Below, in pieces: positions 54,701 through 64,000 of a stretch of DNA of 64,000 nt; within the stretch, counting starts at the first letter, position 1; each line of letters opens with the position of its first letter. The stretch is from Eledone cirrhosa. Lineage: Eukaryota. Position numbers and translations under genes: made by a program. The DNA lies in NCBI GenBank assembly GCA_964016885.1, contig OZ024742.1, positions 219,170,001-219,234,000 of the forward strand, read 5' to 3'. The notes beneath the pieces were generated by a model, which did not search any database, was not told where the DNA came from, and worked only from the letters and a program-made list of their open reading frames with translations.

Positions 54701-56170
54701 GGAAGGGCACTTCAGCAAGACTACTCCCAGGCAAACAGCAAAAATAGAAGCTTTTCTGGGTAGTAAATGATGATAGGGTAGAAAGAGTAGGTATTTTACA
54801 AGCTAGTCATAGTGACAGAATTAGATTAGTCATAGGTAATAGAATGATGATAATTATCTCTAGCTGTGCACCACAAGCAGTACTATGTAAGGAGCAAAAT
54901 GACTGCTTCTATGAGGAATTCCTACAGGCAACCTTAGCTACAGATGGCAGAGACCTCATCCTTGCTGGTGATTTCAACAGACATGTTAGGCAGCACCAAT
55001 ATGGATACACTGGGGTACATGGTGGATATGGTTATAGTGCAAGAAATGAGTGAGCAAGACTCCCAGAATTCTGTGATGCAAATGAAATATTTGCAGTGCT
55101 AACTTCAGGAAATCACCCAGCCACTTGATCACCTACCAATCAGGTGAACACACAAGCCAAATTGAATTTTTACTCGTTAAAAATGCATGACAGGCAGATG
55201 ATTATGAGAGAAGAATGCACAACACAAGTTACTTATTAGTAACATCAGAATAAACATAAGATAGAACAAGGACATGCTGTAAAATATAGAGATGGAGATT
55301 ATGGAAGTTAAAGGAACTGTCTGTTAAATAGGTTTAGAAAAGTCCTACATGATGCATATGACAAAAGGGAAGTTTCTACAAGAAAACCTACTACAGGTTA
55401 TTGATGAAACTTGTGCTGGAGCAAAGCACTAGCTAGACAGAGGCTGATCTGGTGATGGATATAGATGTTAAAGAAAAGAGTCAGGTGTGGAAAAACTGGA
55501 AAAATAGGGTAGCAAAGATCGATATCAAGTAGCTAAAAGAGAAGCTAGACAGGTATACATAACACTAAAAAAAGTCTTGCAACATGAGGATCAGAGACAT
55601 GAATTGTTTTGCATTTCTAAGCAGTGTGTCCATGGTAGCCAGAACATTGTTGAGGAAAAGTGTGATAGAGACCTAGAAATGCTATTACAAGAGGTTGATG
55701 AATGTGGAGAATGAGTGGGATGAAGAAAGATTCGCCCCAGCTAACCATTTAATCTGCACATCTCTGATTAAAATAATTAATTCACAGGGTTGTTAGAGCT
55801 TCAGAGAGAAGGCTTTGCTTTTATGTTCCAGATTGCAGTTCTCTGACTTCAGATCACACCTCCATCTTTTCAGGGTTAATAAAGTACCAAATACTGAGGC
55901 TGTATTTTCTCTCTGTTTTTCTGAAATGGCTACACTGTGCTCTGAGTGATCCACCTCACAGCAACCCTTTATGTAAAAGTAAGAGTTAAACAAGTGGTTA
56001 TCAGCCTCTTCCCATAGAAAAACTGATATGTTTGTGGGATTGTCCAATAACAATTGAAAATAAAGATTAATTATTGCAATTTTCTTTCATGTGTTTTTCA
56101 GATTTATGAAATTCGAAGAGATATTCCTAATCCATTTTATAAAAAAGAGCCGGATATGGACACAAGTTAG
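27273..56170 (+). CDS. USP39: U4/U6.U5 tri-snRNP-associated protein 2 (USP39/Sad1), 14 coding exons, 513 aa
   Basis: Exons 27273-27369, 31277-31334, 33849-33943, 35306-35442, 36918-37014, 38453-38508, 39383-39608, 42497-42642, 43167-43212, 46077-46300, 48094-48155, 49242-49383, 50764-50850 and 56102-56170. All are GT-AG and phase-consistent (1542 nt). Motifs: CPYLDTINRSVLDFDFEKLCSVSLSHINVYACLVCGKYFQGRG (ZnF-UBP), GIVGLNNIKANDY (Asp in place of the catalytic Cys, typical of USP39), HVSPHEMLQAV, EKNPTIVNFP, YDLIANIVH, WFELQDL..ILPQMITLSESYIQI. Confidence 0.95.
27951..28178. mobile_element. TIR element (MITE) nested in an old SINE
   Basis: gggtaaatttacaggaaaacacccctcag ... ctgaggggtgtttttttctataaatttactc: ~29-bp imperfect TIRs. 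Confidence 0.6.
28295..28830 (-). mobile_element. RTE LINE 3' fragment with a nested SINE
   Basis: (cat)n..ttttacgtcc..catgggttgg tail and RRLRCYGHVMR-type sequence. The SINE at 28507-28620(+) is flanked by the 17-bp TSD attatctatgcgcatca (28490-28506, 28621-28637). Confidence 0.75.
28844..28920. repeat. (TA)n(TG)n microsatellite
   Basis: Seen directly. Other TA/CA/CAT microsatellites occur at ~410, 1225, 17000, 19730-19880 and 36700-36777. Confidence 0.95.
29490..29815 (+). mobile_element. CRE-like retrotransposon 3' (RLE) fragment
   Basis: SATSPGFAARQAEEGK..SKY..VAVETSGFLGP. Confidence 0.6.
30172..30869 (-). mobile_element. Internally deleted hAT/Charlie-type DNA transposon
   Basis: TIRs (t)agaggttctcaaa / tttgagaacctctg, near-identical 8-bp flanks gtctaaga / gtctaaaa, and transposase C-terminus FPTSYLVERGFSAVTRL.TKQR..ERDLRL..HQTHLSH at 30454-30639. 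Confidence 0.75.
32205..33255 (-). mobile_element. CRE-like retrotransposon fragment present only in copy 2 of the duplication
   Basis: WQQATLPVRYGDLGL, HSGAWLHALP, HKCWCGSTVDSFGLHPLFC, AVETSGVLG, REKEWLFQR. The flanks are contiguous in copy 1 (~13490-13515). Confidence 0.75.
34089..34175. repeat. Short tandem repeat, ~22-bp unit x4
   Basis: agtctgtccttccaatctcccgc-like units. Confidence 0.75.
34598..34818. mobile_element. piggyBac-type MITE
   Basis: TTAA|CCCTTTAGCATTT...AAATGTTAAAGGG|TTAA; second copy at 45078-45287. Confidence 0.85.
35571..35741. mobile_element. TA-flanked MITE with ~64-bp TIRs
   Basis: TA|gtataaggaaagtttcatatacttaacatgt..ttaggtttcagggtccagttatg ... cataactggaccccgaaacctaa..acatgttatgtgtatgaaactttacttatac|TA. 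Confidence 0.85.
37255..37440 (+). mobile_element. Full-length SINE (family A) with a 17-bp TSD
   Basis: A box tggcagtattgg, B box gttcaaatcc; TSD attattgttactcttag at 37238-37254 and 37441-37457. Confidence 0.9.
39760..40006. mobile_element. Older TTAA-flanked (piggyBac-like) MITE
   Basis: ttaa|gcctttcattac ... gtatcaaaagag|ttaa; a related reverse-orientation relic lies at ~2730-2960. Confidence 0.5.
40552..40751 (+). mobile_element. Full-length SINE (family A) with a 10-bp TSD
   Basis: TSD tattagtagt at 40542-40551 and 40752-40761; (att)n tail. Confidence 0.9.
41575..41920 (-). mobile_element. RTE LINE 3' fragment
   Basis: VKKCQEIPVEGSYSR..WAEVVKADLKSL..; catg..atggaaa..(gat)n tail. Confidence 0.7.
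43733..44170. mobile_element. Pair of RTE 3' fragments in inverted orientation
   Basis: 43733-43860(-) and ~43895-44170(+) both end in the RTE tail (LEERRLRLYGHVMRMED..GRPRKT). Confidence 0.7.
45078..45287. mobile_element. piggyBac-type MITE (second copy)
   Basis: TTAA|CCCTTTAAT...AATGCTAAAGGG|TTAA; interior matches 34598-34818. Confidence 0.85.
45495..45709. repeat. Minisatellite, ~43-bp unit x5
   Basis: tgtttgaggggagtgaaaataccattaaaactgatatacacca repeated five times. Confidence 0.9.
47203..47617 (-). mobile_element. Two family-A SINEs in tandem (short and long variants)
   Basis: 47203-47389 and ~47390-47617, each with A and B boxes; the second has an extra segment in its 3' half. Confidence 0.85.
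48590..49000 (+). mobile_element. Highly decayed RTE reverse-transcriptase fragment
   Basis: LDEMQ..RQLQ..LEKAFDRIP..KLGVDE and CPWELLYTDD traces. Confidence 0.55.
51060..52430 (+). mobile_element. 5'-truncated CR1-clade LINE (RT + 3' UTR), relatively young
   Basis: QFGFIPNSSC.DQL, VDVVYLDFAKAFNSVPH, SGVPQESVLGPLLF..YINDI, KYADDIKL, YTAMVRPHLEF..VWNPY, VQRRATK, TRGH..K, FF..RIV.AWN.LP. One frame with two point stops (51177, 51996) and an (att)n tail. Confidence 0.9.
52690..53697. mobile_element. Two decayed RTE fragments in opposite orientation
   Basis: (-) QIGFMPGRSTTDA..RQLQEKF..AFVDLKKAF; (+) ARIRTGWKKFRELLPLL..ERRLCWYG, then a (gat)n tail. Confidence 0.65.
54590..55730 (+). mobile_element. 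Decayed RTE 5' part (APE endonuclease)
   Basis: LNVDTLKG..VDVCCVQEVKWKG, ILAGDFNRHV, HGGYGY..RNE, HLITYQSG. Confidence 0.7.
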
Positions 56171-56285
56171 CTGACCAGTAACATTACATTACTGTTAAAC
56201 ATTCATTGACATTTCATTTCAGTATATTTCTATGTAAAATGTTCACACAGAAAGACTATTTTGTATACACTTATAATGAAAATTC

Positions 56286-56291
56286 AATAAA
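56286..56291 (+). promoter_or_regulatory. Candidate USP39 polyadenylation signal
   Basis: AATAAA 115 nt after the TAG, followed by GT/T-rich sequence. Confidence 0.6.
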
Positions 56292-56464
56292 ACACTCATC
56301 ATATCATCATCTCGTTTGAGTGTCAATTATTTATTTATTTATAGGTTATAGTTCATAATCTTATTCTTATCATTACCTCCCCAATCTGACTAAGGACACA
56401 ATGATTATCCAAATGTTGTAATAAGGTAGCATTGGTGACATGATAAACACACCCAGTGTACTCT

Positions 56465-58810
56465 GTAAAGTGCATGACCCTGGCAGCCAGACCACATCTG
56501 CAGTTGATCTCTGGGGTCAGGTCTCCATTGTTGGTGACTGTTGAGCCCAGGTAAATGGAACTGACAAACTCTTTCATATCAGGGCCAATATGAAGTGGGG
56601 AAGAATCTGAGCCATCACCGACATGCATCAGCTTAGCCTTTGTCCAACTCACCTGAAGGCCAAGTTTTGCTGATTTCTCTCTATGTATGGTCAGTGCGTT
56701 CCTGAGCTGATCGATTGTGTGGTGGCATCTGTGTACTCCAGCTTGGTAAGGTGGTAGTTCCCAAACGTAACGCCAGGAACTTACTCACAGTCTATTCTGC
56801 AGTGGGCCAACAACCCGCCCTGAAGAAACCGAACTGCCCAACATCAGAACGAACTCTTGCATGCTCCCCACCAACGAGAAATTGACTTAAACTACAAAAT
56901 TTGTGTTGTCACATAGAATGTCCTGTCGCCCCAAAGCAGCCACTCTACTGTCGGAGAGCTATCCCACTACAACATCACACTAGCGGGACTCTGCGAGACT
57001 TACTGGCAAATTTATTGCGGGAGTCCACAGCCTCATTTGAGTGGGCCCCAAGGACAGACGTGCTTCACCGCATGGCACTGGCCATGCCCAAACATGACTG
57101 CAAGTTTCTCATTAGCTGGAATAAGGTGAGCAACCGTTTGCTCTCCACCTGTTTTCTCTACTGGCACAGGAAGATGACTATCATTGTTACCTATGCCCCT
57201 ACAGATGTCGCAGAGGACATTGTCAAGGATGACTACTACGACCAGTTTCAACAGGTTTTAGGACAACTTCCACCCCCGTGACATCTCGATCATCCTAACA
57301 GATGCCAATGCTACCATCTCTTTTGCTAGGTTCTCTCCAACCAACCTATTGCAGACTTACCCCTTTGGCACAATTTTCACTGACCCATCGATCAATGACA
57401 ATGGTAATCACCTACTGCCCCTGTGCCACCACAACAATCTGCGTATCACTGACACCTGGCTCCCCAACAAACTCATCGATCACTGGTCTTGGTACAGTCC
57501 AGATGGCTACACTCGCAAGGTAATCGACCACATCATCATCTTCCACCGCTGGAGGTTATTTGCCACCAATTGCCTGGTCTATAGAAGAGATCAACTTGGC
57601 AATACCGACCATCGGTTGTTGGGTGTGGCACTGAAGCTGAGGTAGGCAGACCCTGACACCAAGTACCAGCCCCACCTTGACTTATCCTGTCTTTGTGATC
57701 CCAATTTCACCTCTACATTTGCATGTTCCATCACCGAAAGCTTCAGCATCCTGGCCGACAACTGGGAGATCTTTAAATCTATGTCAAACAGCCTGCATGT
57801 TACATCCTGGTAAACTCAAGCCCTCTTCCCAAATGGCCCCGGATTTCACTGCAGACGCTGAAGATAATTGCAAGGCTCACCTGCGCTACGACATGAATGA
57901 GTACCGTCAGCTTAACCAGATATACAACAAAGTCATCACAGATGCCCGAGAGAAGACAAGTGCCTGGAGGTAGTGGTAAGGAACAATGACCTCAGCCATG
58001 TGTTCAACACACTCTGCAGAGCCCGTGCTGGTTCCTGTGTGAAGACAGCCCTGGTGAAGGATACCAATGGCAACGTCATCACAACTGAAACCACCTGCTT
58101 CAAATGCTGAAAGGAGCACTTCAGCCTTCTTCTTCATCACTCACCTGTTCCAATCCCTGCCTAACTATCACCACAGATACGGCTGCAGACTTATCCTGTC
58201 AACATCAATGAAGTCAGAGCTGCCCTGAAGAAGCTCAACAACTGCAAAGACCCTGGAATCTGCACTATCACCACAGAGATGTTGAAGGCAGATGATGGAG
58301 ATAACACAATTCAGTGGTTCACCTGCATCAACAATATACGGGTGTCAGAACGGCTCCCAAATGACTGGACCCGGGGGCATCATCTTCCCCTTCTGTAGCA
58401 AGCACATCCCAAGCAAGCCCTTCACCAAGATCCCTTTCGGCCATGCTCTTCCCACCATTAGAAGCAGAAGTTACCCACAAGTTGAATTCATGCCAAATTA
58501 ATCTACCACCGACCACATTTCTGCCCTCCATCTCATTATTGAAAGATCTTATGAGTTCTGCAGAGATCGCCACCTCTACATCACCTTCATCAACCTCAAG
58601 GCAGCTCAACATGGTCGACCACGCATCCCTCTGGAAAATTCTCAAGCCCATCACCGCTCTTCCCCCAAGATCACCATGCTGTTCCAGTGGCTCTATAGCA
58701 GTGCCAAGAGTTGCATGCAAGTGAACAGGAAGGACTCTGACTGGTTCCCCATCAACAATGGGTCATACAGGGCTGCATGGCTGCCCTCAATCCCTTCACT
58801 GGTGTCGTAC
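56465..58810. mobile_element. RTE-like LINE with an internal inversion
   Basis: (+) ~56900-58810: YAPTD, WSWYSPDG..KVIDH, TDHRLL, GVIQGC. (-) 56465-56790: PGVTFGNYHLTKLEYTD, SWTKAKLM, YLGS..NGDL.PEI. Confidence 0.75.
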
Positions 58811-59269
58811 TAGAATCTTTGCTGGTAGCTAATTTCACTAAGATATTACATTGTGCACTAGCCAATTGAAATATAGAAAATACATTTAAAAAAGTGTAAA
58901 CAGCCACACTCATACACACTTTTTCTCTCTCCAGCATACTTTCTCTCCCTTTCCCTCTCTCTCTTACATTCTCTCTAATTCCTTTAGAAAGATGGTTGAT
59001 GTCATATTGAGTGTAAAGTGTGTGTTGCTTCTATTGTATTACTTCAGAGAGGTGTTATGAGTTATTTAGAGGTGTGATAGATAATGCAAGGAAGTGATGG
59101 TAGTATTTTGGTTGCATATATAGATATGTTTACATAAATTTCATTATAATAAGGGTTCTTGCAGAAAGTACACAAGGCAGTTCTGATTATATTTGACCTC
59201 ATCAGGAAAGTATAGCCATCACTGTACTTGTTGAAGTAGCTATGATAGAATAATTAAGCATATGAACAA

Positions 59270-60545
59270 GGTATACTCAAGAAGTTTTGAGATTTGTTCT
59301 TTTCAGGCATTTTTAATTGACCTACATAATTGTTACTCTAATACATCCTTGATATAGTTTTAATAAACTAACATACCAAATCGTTTTTTTTTTTCCAGGT
59401 TGAAGGTTCAAGCTGCTACAGCACTTTAAACACTACTTATCATACATGTCTTATCACAGCTGACTGGTTCCACAATACATTCAGGACATGAGGACAATTG
59501 GAGGCTCAATATGCAATAAAGTTTTGTCAAGCTCAGCAAAAATACTGTAAAAACCTATGAAATGGTCAAAACTGCTTATGGACTAACTTTCACAAGCCAA
59601 GTAACTGTTTTCCACTGGCACAAGAAGTTCCAGGAGAGCAGGGAGCAGGTGATGAACAACGAGATGTGTGGGGTCATCAGGACACCAAAGTTGGTCGATA
59701 AAATTCACAAAATTCTGATTGAGGACCATTGTGCATCTCTTCTGACGATTGTTAAACAATTTCAAGTGGCTGAGGGCATGGCACAGAATCATTCATGACA
59801 ATCTGAACATGCGCAAAGTTTGTTCCCAGTGTACTCAAGGAAGATCAAAGGTAGAGGTGCATTGATGACAGCAGGGAGATAGTTGAGTAGTCTTTGAGTT
59901 TCTGGTAACCTTTGATGAGAGCTAAGTCTACTGTTATAATCCAGAGACCAAGAGAGAGAGAGTGCCAGTGGAAACATTCTGACTCTCCAAGACCCAAGGA
60001 GGCTAGGCAAAACAGGTCCAATGGAAAGCTCATGATGATCCCATTCTTGAACAGCAAGGGCATCATCTAAATCCACTGGCTCCCCCACGGCCAAACAGTC
60101 AACAAATGTAGAGGTTTTGAGGCAGTTTAGAAAGAGATTTTGTCGCAAGAGAACAGAACTCTTAAAATCTGGTCAGTCATATCTACACTAGGACAATTCC
60201 TCCCCCCCCCCCCCCCTACCATCACCAATCCTACCTGGTAACCAGCTTCTTGGCTGATATTGGAATCAAGACTGTCCCTCATCATCCCTACAGTCCAGAC
60301 TTAACCCCATGCAATTTCTGGATATTCCCGAAGCTGAAGGAGGATGTGGAGGAAATGAAGGAGGCTGTGACAAGCACCCTGGACACTTTCACTATGGGGG
60401 ACTACAAGGGCCCCTTCCTGAAGTTGCTAGAGTGCTACAAGTGCACTGAAGTTGGAGGATCCTACTTTGTGGGAGACTAGAATTTGGTGTTGATCTGAGT
60501 TAAATAAATGTCTGATTAAAGTCTCTAAACCTCTTACAATATTGT
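59270..60545 (+). mobile_element. Decayed mariner (DD34D-type) transposon
   Basis: YAIKFC, TYEMVKTAYG, VFHWHKKF, HDNLNMRKV, YNPETKR..QW, PHHPYSPDLTPCNFWIFPKLK; degenerate TIRs aagaagttttgagattt / aagtctctaaacctctt. Confidence 0.85.
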
Positions 60546-60844
60546 ACATTGGTTTATGTACAAAAGAGATTTTTTTTTATTCTTAACCTCTTGTAATGAT
60601 TCAGCAGAAAATATCTAAAAATAAGTTTGTTAATTCAAATATTTATAATAGCTTTACTAGCGGGCAAATAGTTGTAAGAATTTACAATAAACTAAAATAA
60701 CGACTGTTTAATGTGATGCAATCATAGTGATTTTTTTGTACATTTCATGAATGTCTTGCTAATGTGATACAGGCTGTTGAGTGTTAAATCATAAGTAACA
60801 TAGAGTCGCCCTCTGCATGATGGCTGTTAATTCATTTACATATA

Positions 60845-61210
60845 CTTATCTTCTTCGCTCACATATTCTTGAGAGGGTCATGGGGGCAGGGTCCTCAAAC
60901 ACTCCTTCCATTGGGTCCTGCCAGAAGCAACTGTTTCCAACTAATCTGACTGGATCCCCAAGCGAGACCAGCCAAGCTCATGGATGTTATCCAACCATCT
61001 TGCTTGAGGTCTACCCCTGGATCTCCTATCGATTGATTTTGCCCATAAAATCTGTCCAGCGTTTCTTTCTTGAGACATTCTAACCATATGCCCATTGTAC
61101 CAGAGCTGTGATCTCTCAAATCAGAGAAGTAGCTGCTCTACTTGGAGTGATTTTCTGATCCCTGAGCTACACACTTTATCGAGTAATGTTACTCCATATA
61201 CTCTTATACT
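60845..61210 (-). mobile_element. LINE 3' fragment (RTE-like)
   Basis: GRPQARWLDNI-type coding trace; its 3' UTR is related to 62370-62520. Confidence 0.45.
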
Positions 61211-62930
61211 TGTCTACTGTAAAAATTATTCTTGTACACTAGTTGAAAGAAACCAATTAGGACTAATTGCAATTAGCTGCAAAGTTCATTGCATTGCAGC
61301 AAATATATAGATGAAATTTGGTAAGAAATTTAATAATTAAATAAAAGATTTATATCAAAAACAATCAAAACAACAAAAATGCAGGCTTATTTAAGCAATT
61401 GTTTTATTTCATGGGATTTTTCAAATAATGATTCTCTGAAATAGGCTTGCTGTTGGTAGTAATGTCATCATGTGGAAGACCTATCCAGTTTATCTGCAAA
61501 GAAAAGTATTTAAAAAGATTAAAATTAGATCTTTAAAATATTGATATATACTCAAAAACAGTGTTTGCATTAGTACATTTATGTTATATCAGGCTTCTGT
61601 CTACTACTGCTACCATGTAACCCAGTACAGCCTGCTTCATGGTTGAGTGGTCGCTGACTAAACTGGCTCCTCCACTAGGCCCTGGTCTGTTGAAGAATGT
61701 ATGTGGAATTCCAACGGCACAAAAAACAAGAGTTATTGTAAGGTAAGATGAACTCCTTAGAATCCACAGCCATCCACCTCTACTATTGGTTAAATAGCCT
61801 CATCAACCTGCAATAAACCAAGTATAGTGATTACAGACACACCCCTGAAGACATGACCAAAACCAAACAGAGTGTGGTGGAGGTCAACCAAGGAGGGCTT
61901 CTTCCAAAAGGAGTGAGAAGACCCTGGATTGGATTGGATTTATGTAGATCTAGTGGATCATATCAGGTTACTATACAAAACTATTTACATAATTCCAGCC
62001 ATAATAATGAAAAATACGCAAAGCAAACCCCCCCACCACCACCAAAAAAAAAAAGATCTGGAAAAACTAAAGATAACTATTAATTATGCTGAACATCTGA
62101 TAGACATTGAAAATAATTGTTTATGGGTGAATCAGAAGAAAACACCCTAAAATTATTACCTGCCTAAAGGGTTTATGATGATAATATCTCCCAAAATACT
62201 GAGACATATTTTAAAGATATTGTGGTATATTTTCCTAATTTGAAGAATGTTTTCTACACATACAAATGCTTGATTGTTCATTAGCTCATCTGAATATCTA
62301 TTGAAACTGAAATAATAATATCATGGAATGGTAGAGTCTATTTTAGCTGTTTAAGGACACAACAACTGAACTCATGGATGTTATCCAACCATCTTTCATG
62401 GTTTTGGATGAAATGGAGTGACAGTTGCTTCTGATAGTACTCATTGGCAGGCATGTCTGAGTACTCTGCCACCACAACCCTCCCAGGAATAAGTGGGAGG
62501 AGGAGAATGTGATGATGATGATGACTAAACTGCCATTAGTTTTTGTTTAATGATCAGTTTACAATGCAATGGTGCAATGAAAATGTTGACAATGAATAAT
62601 GAATATAACAGCTTTTGTATGCTTCTTTTAAATAGCTAAAATGGCTCTTCTATGATGTAAAAATTATTTACTGAGGACATTTACATTTAATATAGTTGAT
62701 AAGAATACTTACTACAAAAGTGAAACATAAACTGTTTATTGGCTGTAGACAACTCATCACACTTTGTATTTTCGTAACATACATCAAATTCATGGTATTT
62801 TCTGGAAAATGAATAATTTATAATTAGATGAATCAATATTTTATTAAAATACTAACTTTGTCAACAATAAATAATCTCTGTTATTAATCTAATCATAGAC
62901 ATTGAAAAGAATTGTTTATGGGTGAATCAA

Positions 62931-63116
62931 GGCGGTGGATTGGCAGTATTGGTAGAGTGTCGGATGCCATGCTTTGGCGCATAGAGTTACGGCCCTTGCC
63001 ATTCTGAGTTCAAATCCCGCCGAGGTTAACTTTGCCTTTCATCCTTACGGGGTCGATAAAATAAAGTACCAGTAATACACTGGGTAATTGCTGGCCTTGT
63101 GCCTAACGTAGAAACA
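62931..63116 (+). mobile_element. Full-length SINE (family A) with an 18-bp TSD and an extra 5' segment
   Basis: TSD gttattaatctaatcata at 62880-62897 and 63117-63134. Confidence 0.9.
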
Positions 63117-64000
63117 GTTATTAATCTAATCATATCTAGAGCCTTTTGTATGTCTTGTAAGACCATGGATTTGCACCTCTCCAAGGTGTAGGTCAAAGTA
63201 ATTATTTTTTGTGGAATATCAGTAGTCATCTATACATGTCAGTCTTCTTTCTTTACGCCATCAATGTTGTCCAAGAGAAAGGTAAAAGCCCGATACAACT
63301 TGGAACTGGTGCCATCGCAGATGAACTCAGAATGAAAAGGACTAAAAGAGATACCATAAAACAATCTGTCCAACTCTAACAATTCTTCTAATCCATCACC
63401 CTAGACTGGTACTTTATTTTATCAACCCCCCAAAAATGGGGAGCAAAATTGACCATGGTGAGATTTTAAATGAGAGCACAAAGAGCTGGAACAAAAATGA
63501 TTATGCTCAGAATGCAAACACAAGCAGTTTATATGAGTTTGGATATAAAATATGTTTACTACCATTTCAGAGTGGACTCTATTGAAGAACAGTGTAGACT
63601 TCACTAGAGCTACAGAGCATTCATCTAGTTACCACAATGTTATAGTAAATTGAGTGTTAACATACTTAATACAAGAATTTGATGAGGTTATTGATTTTAT
63701 CTAAAAATCTAGAAAAAAAGCACACTTACATTTCTCTATATAAATTGACTATAAAATTTAATGCATTAAGCTTTCACTTACTTGCATGGAACAAAGAAAT
63801 CTTAACTAAATATTGATCAACTGATATTAACGGAATTCCCTTACTTGTTGTTTTTAGAATTTAACCAACCATAGAAGGAGTTTTTGTCTAAATAGTAAAG
63901 TAAGTGTTAACATAATGTATGAAGCCAAGAAATTATCATTAATCAAAATTTAACCTAGAGTGAGGAAGAAAAAAAATCATTATTTTAATTATCAATTCTG

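Noticed and set aside
62931-63030. tRNA genes (A/B boxes) at SINE heads
   Set aside because: Extended A-B spacing, no cloverleaf, multi-copy body with TSDs: these are SINEs.

Overview
AT-rich, intron-containing eukaryotic DNA. The tRNA-derived SINE families and RTE tails look like an octopus or other coleoid cephalopod genome (inference from repeat recognition). It holds the last six coding exons of a cGMP-dependent protein kinase (+, 217-6133) and a complete 14-exon USP39/Sad1 gene (+, 27273-56170, 513 aa when spliced by hand). Between them lies a tandem segmental duplication (copy 1 ~6240-14214; copy 2 ~17955-34029) running from the PKG 3' UTR into USP39 intron 3. Each copy carries an intact 371-aa intronless ORF (-) head-to-head with the USP39 start codon, ~650 bp away. 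I read this ORF as a Mutator/MULE (ZSWIM3-like) transposase that kept its N-terminal Zn DNA-binding domain but lost the DDE/SWIM core in frame. A decayed 'LDENV' + PHD-finger tail sits just past its stop codon. It is a candidate domesticated, transposon-derived DNA-binding gene and the most interesting feature here. The USP39 portion of copy 1 is a deleted, frameshifted fragment that runs directly into a decayed hAT transposase. The rest is CRE-like, RTE, CR1, mariner and hAT relics, SINEs (several with TSDs), MITEs and hairpins, two locally templated insertions and simple repeats. All family assignments are by-eye motif recognition, and all counts are manual.
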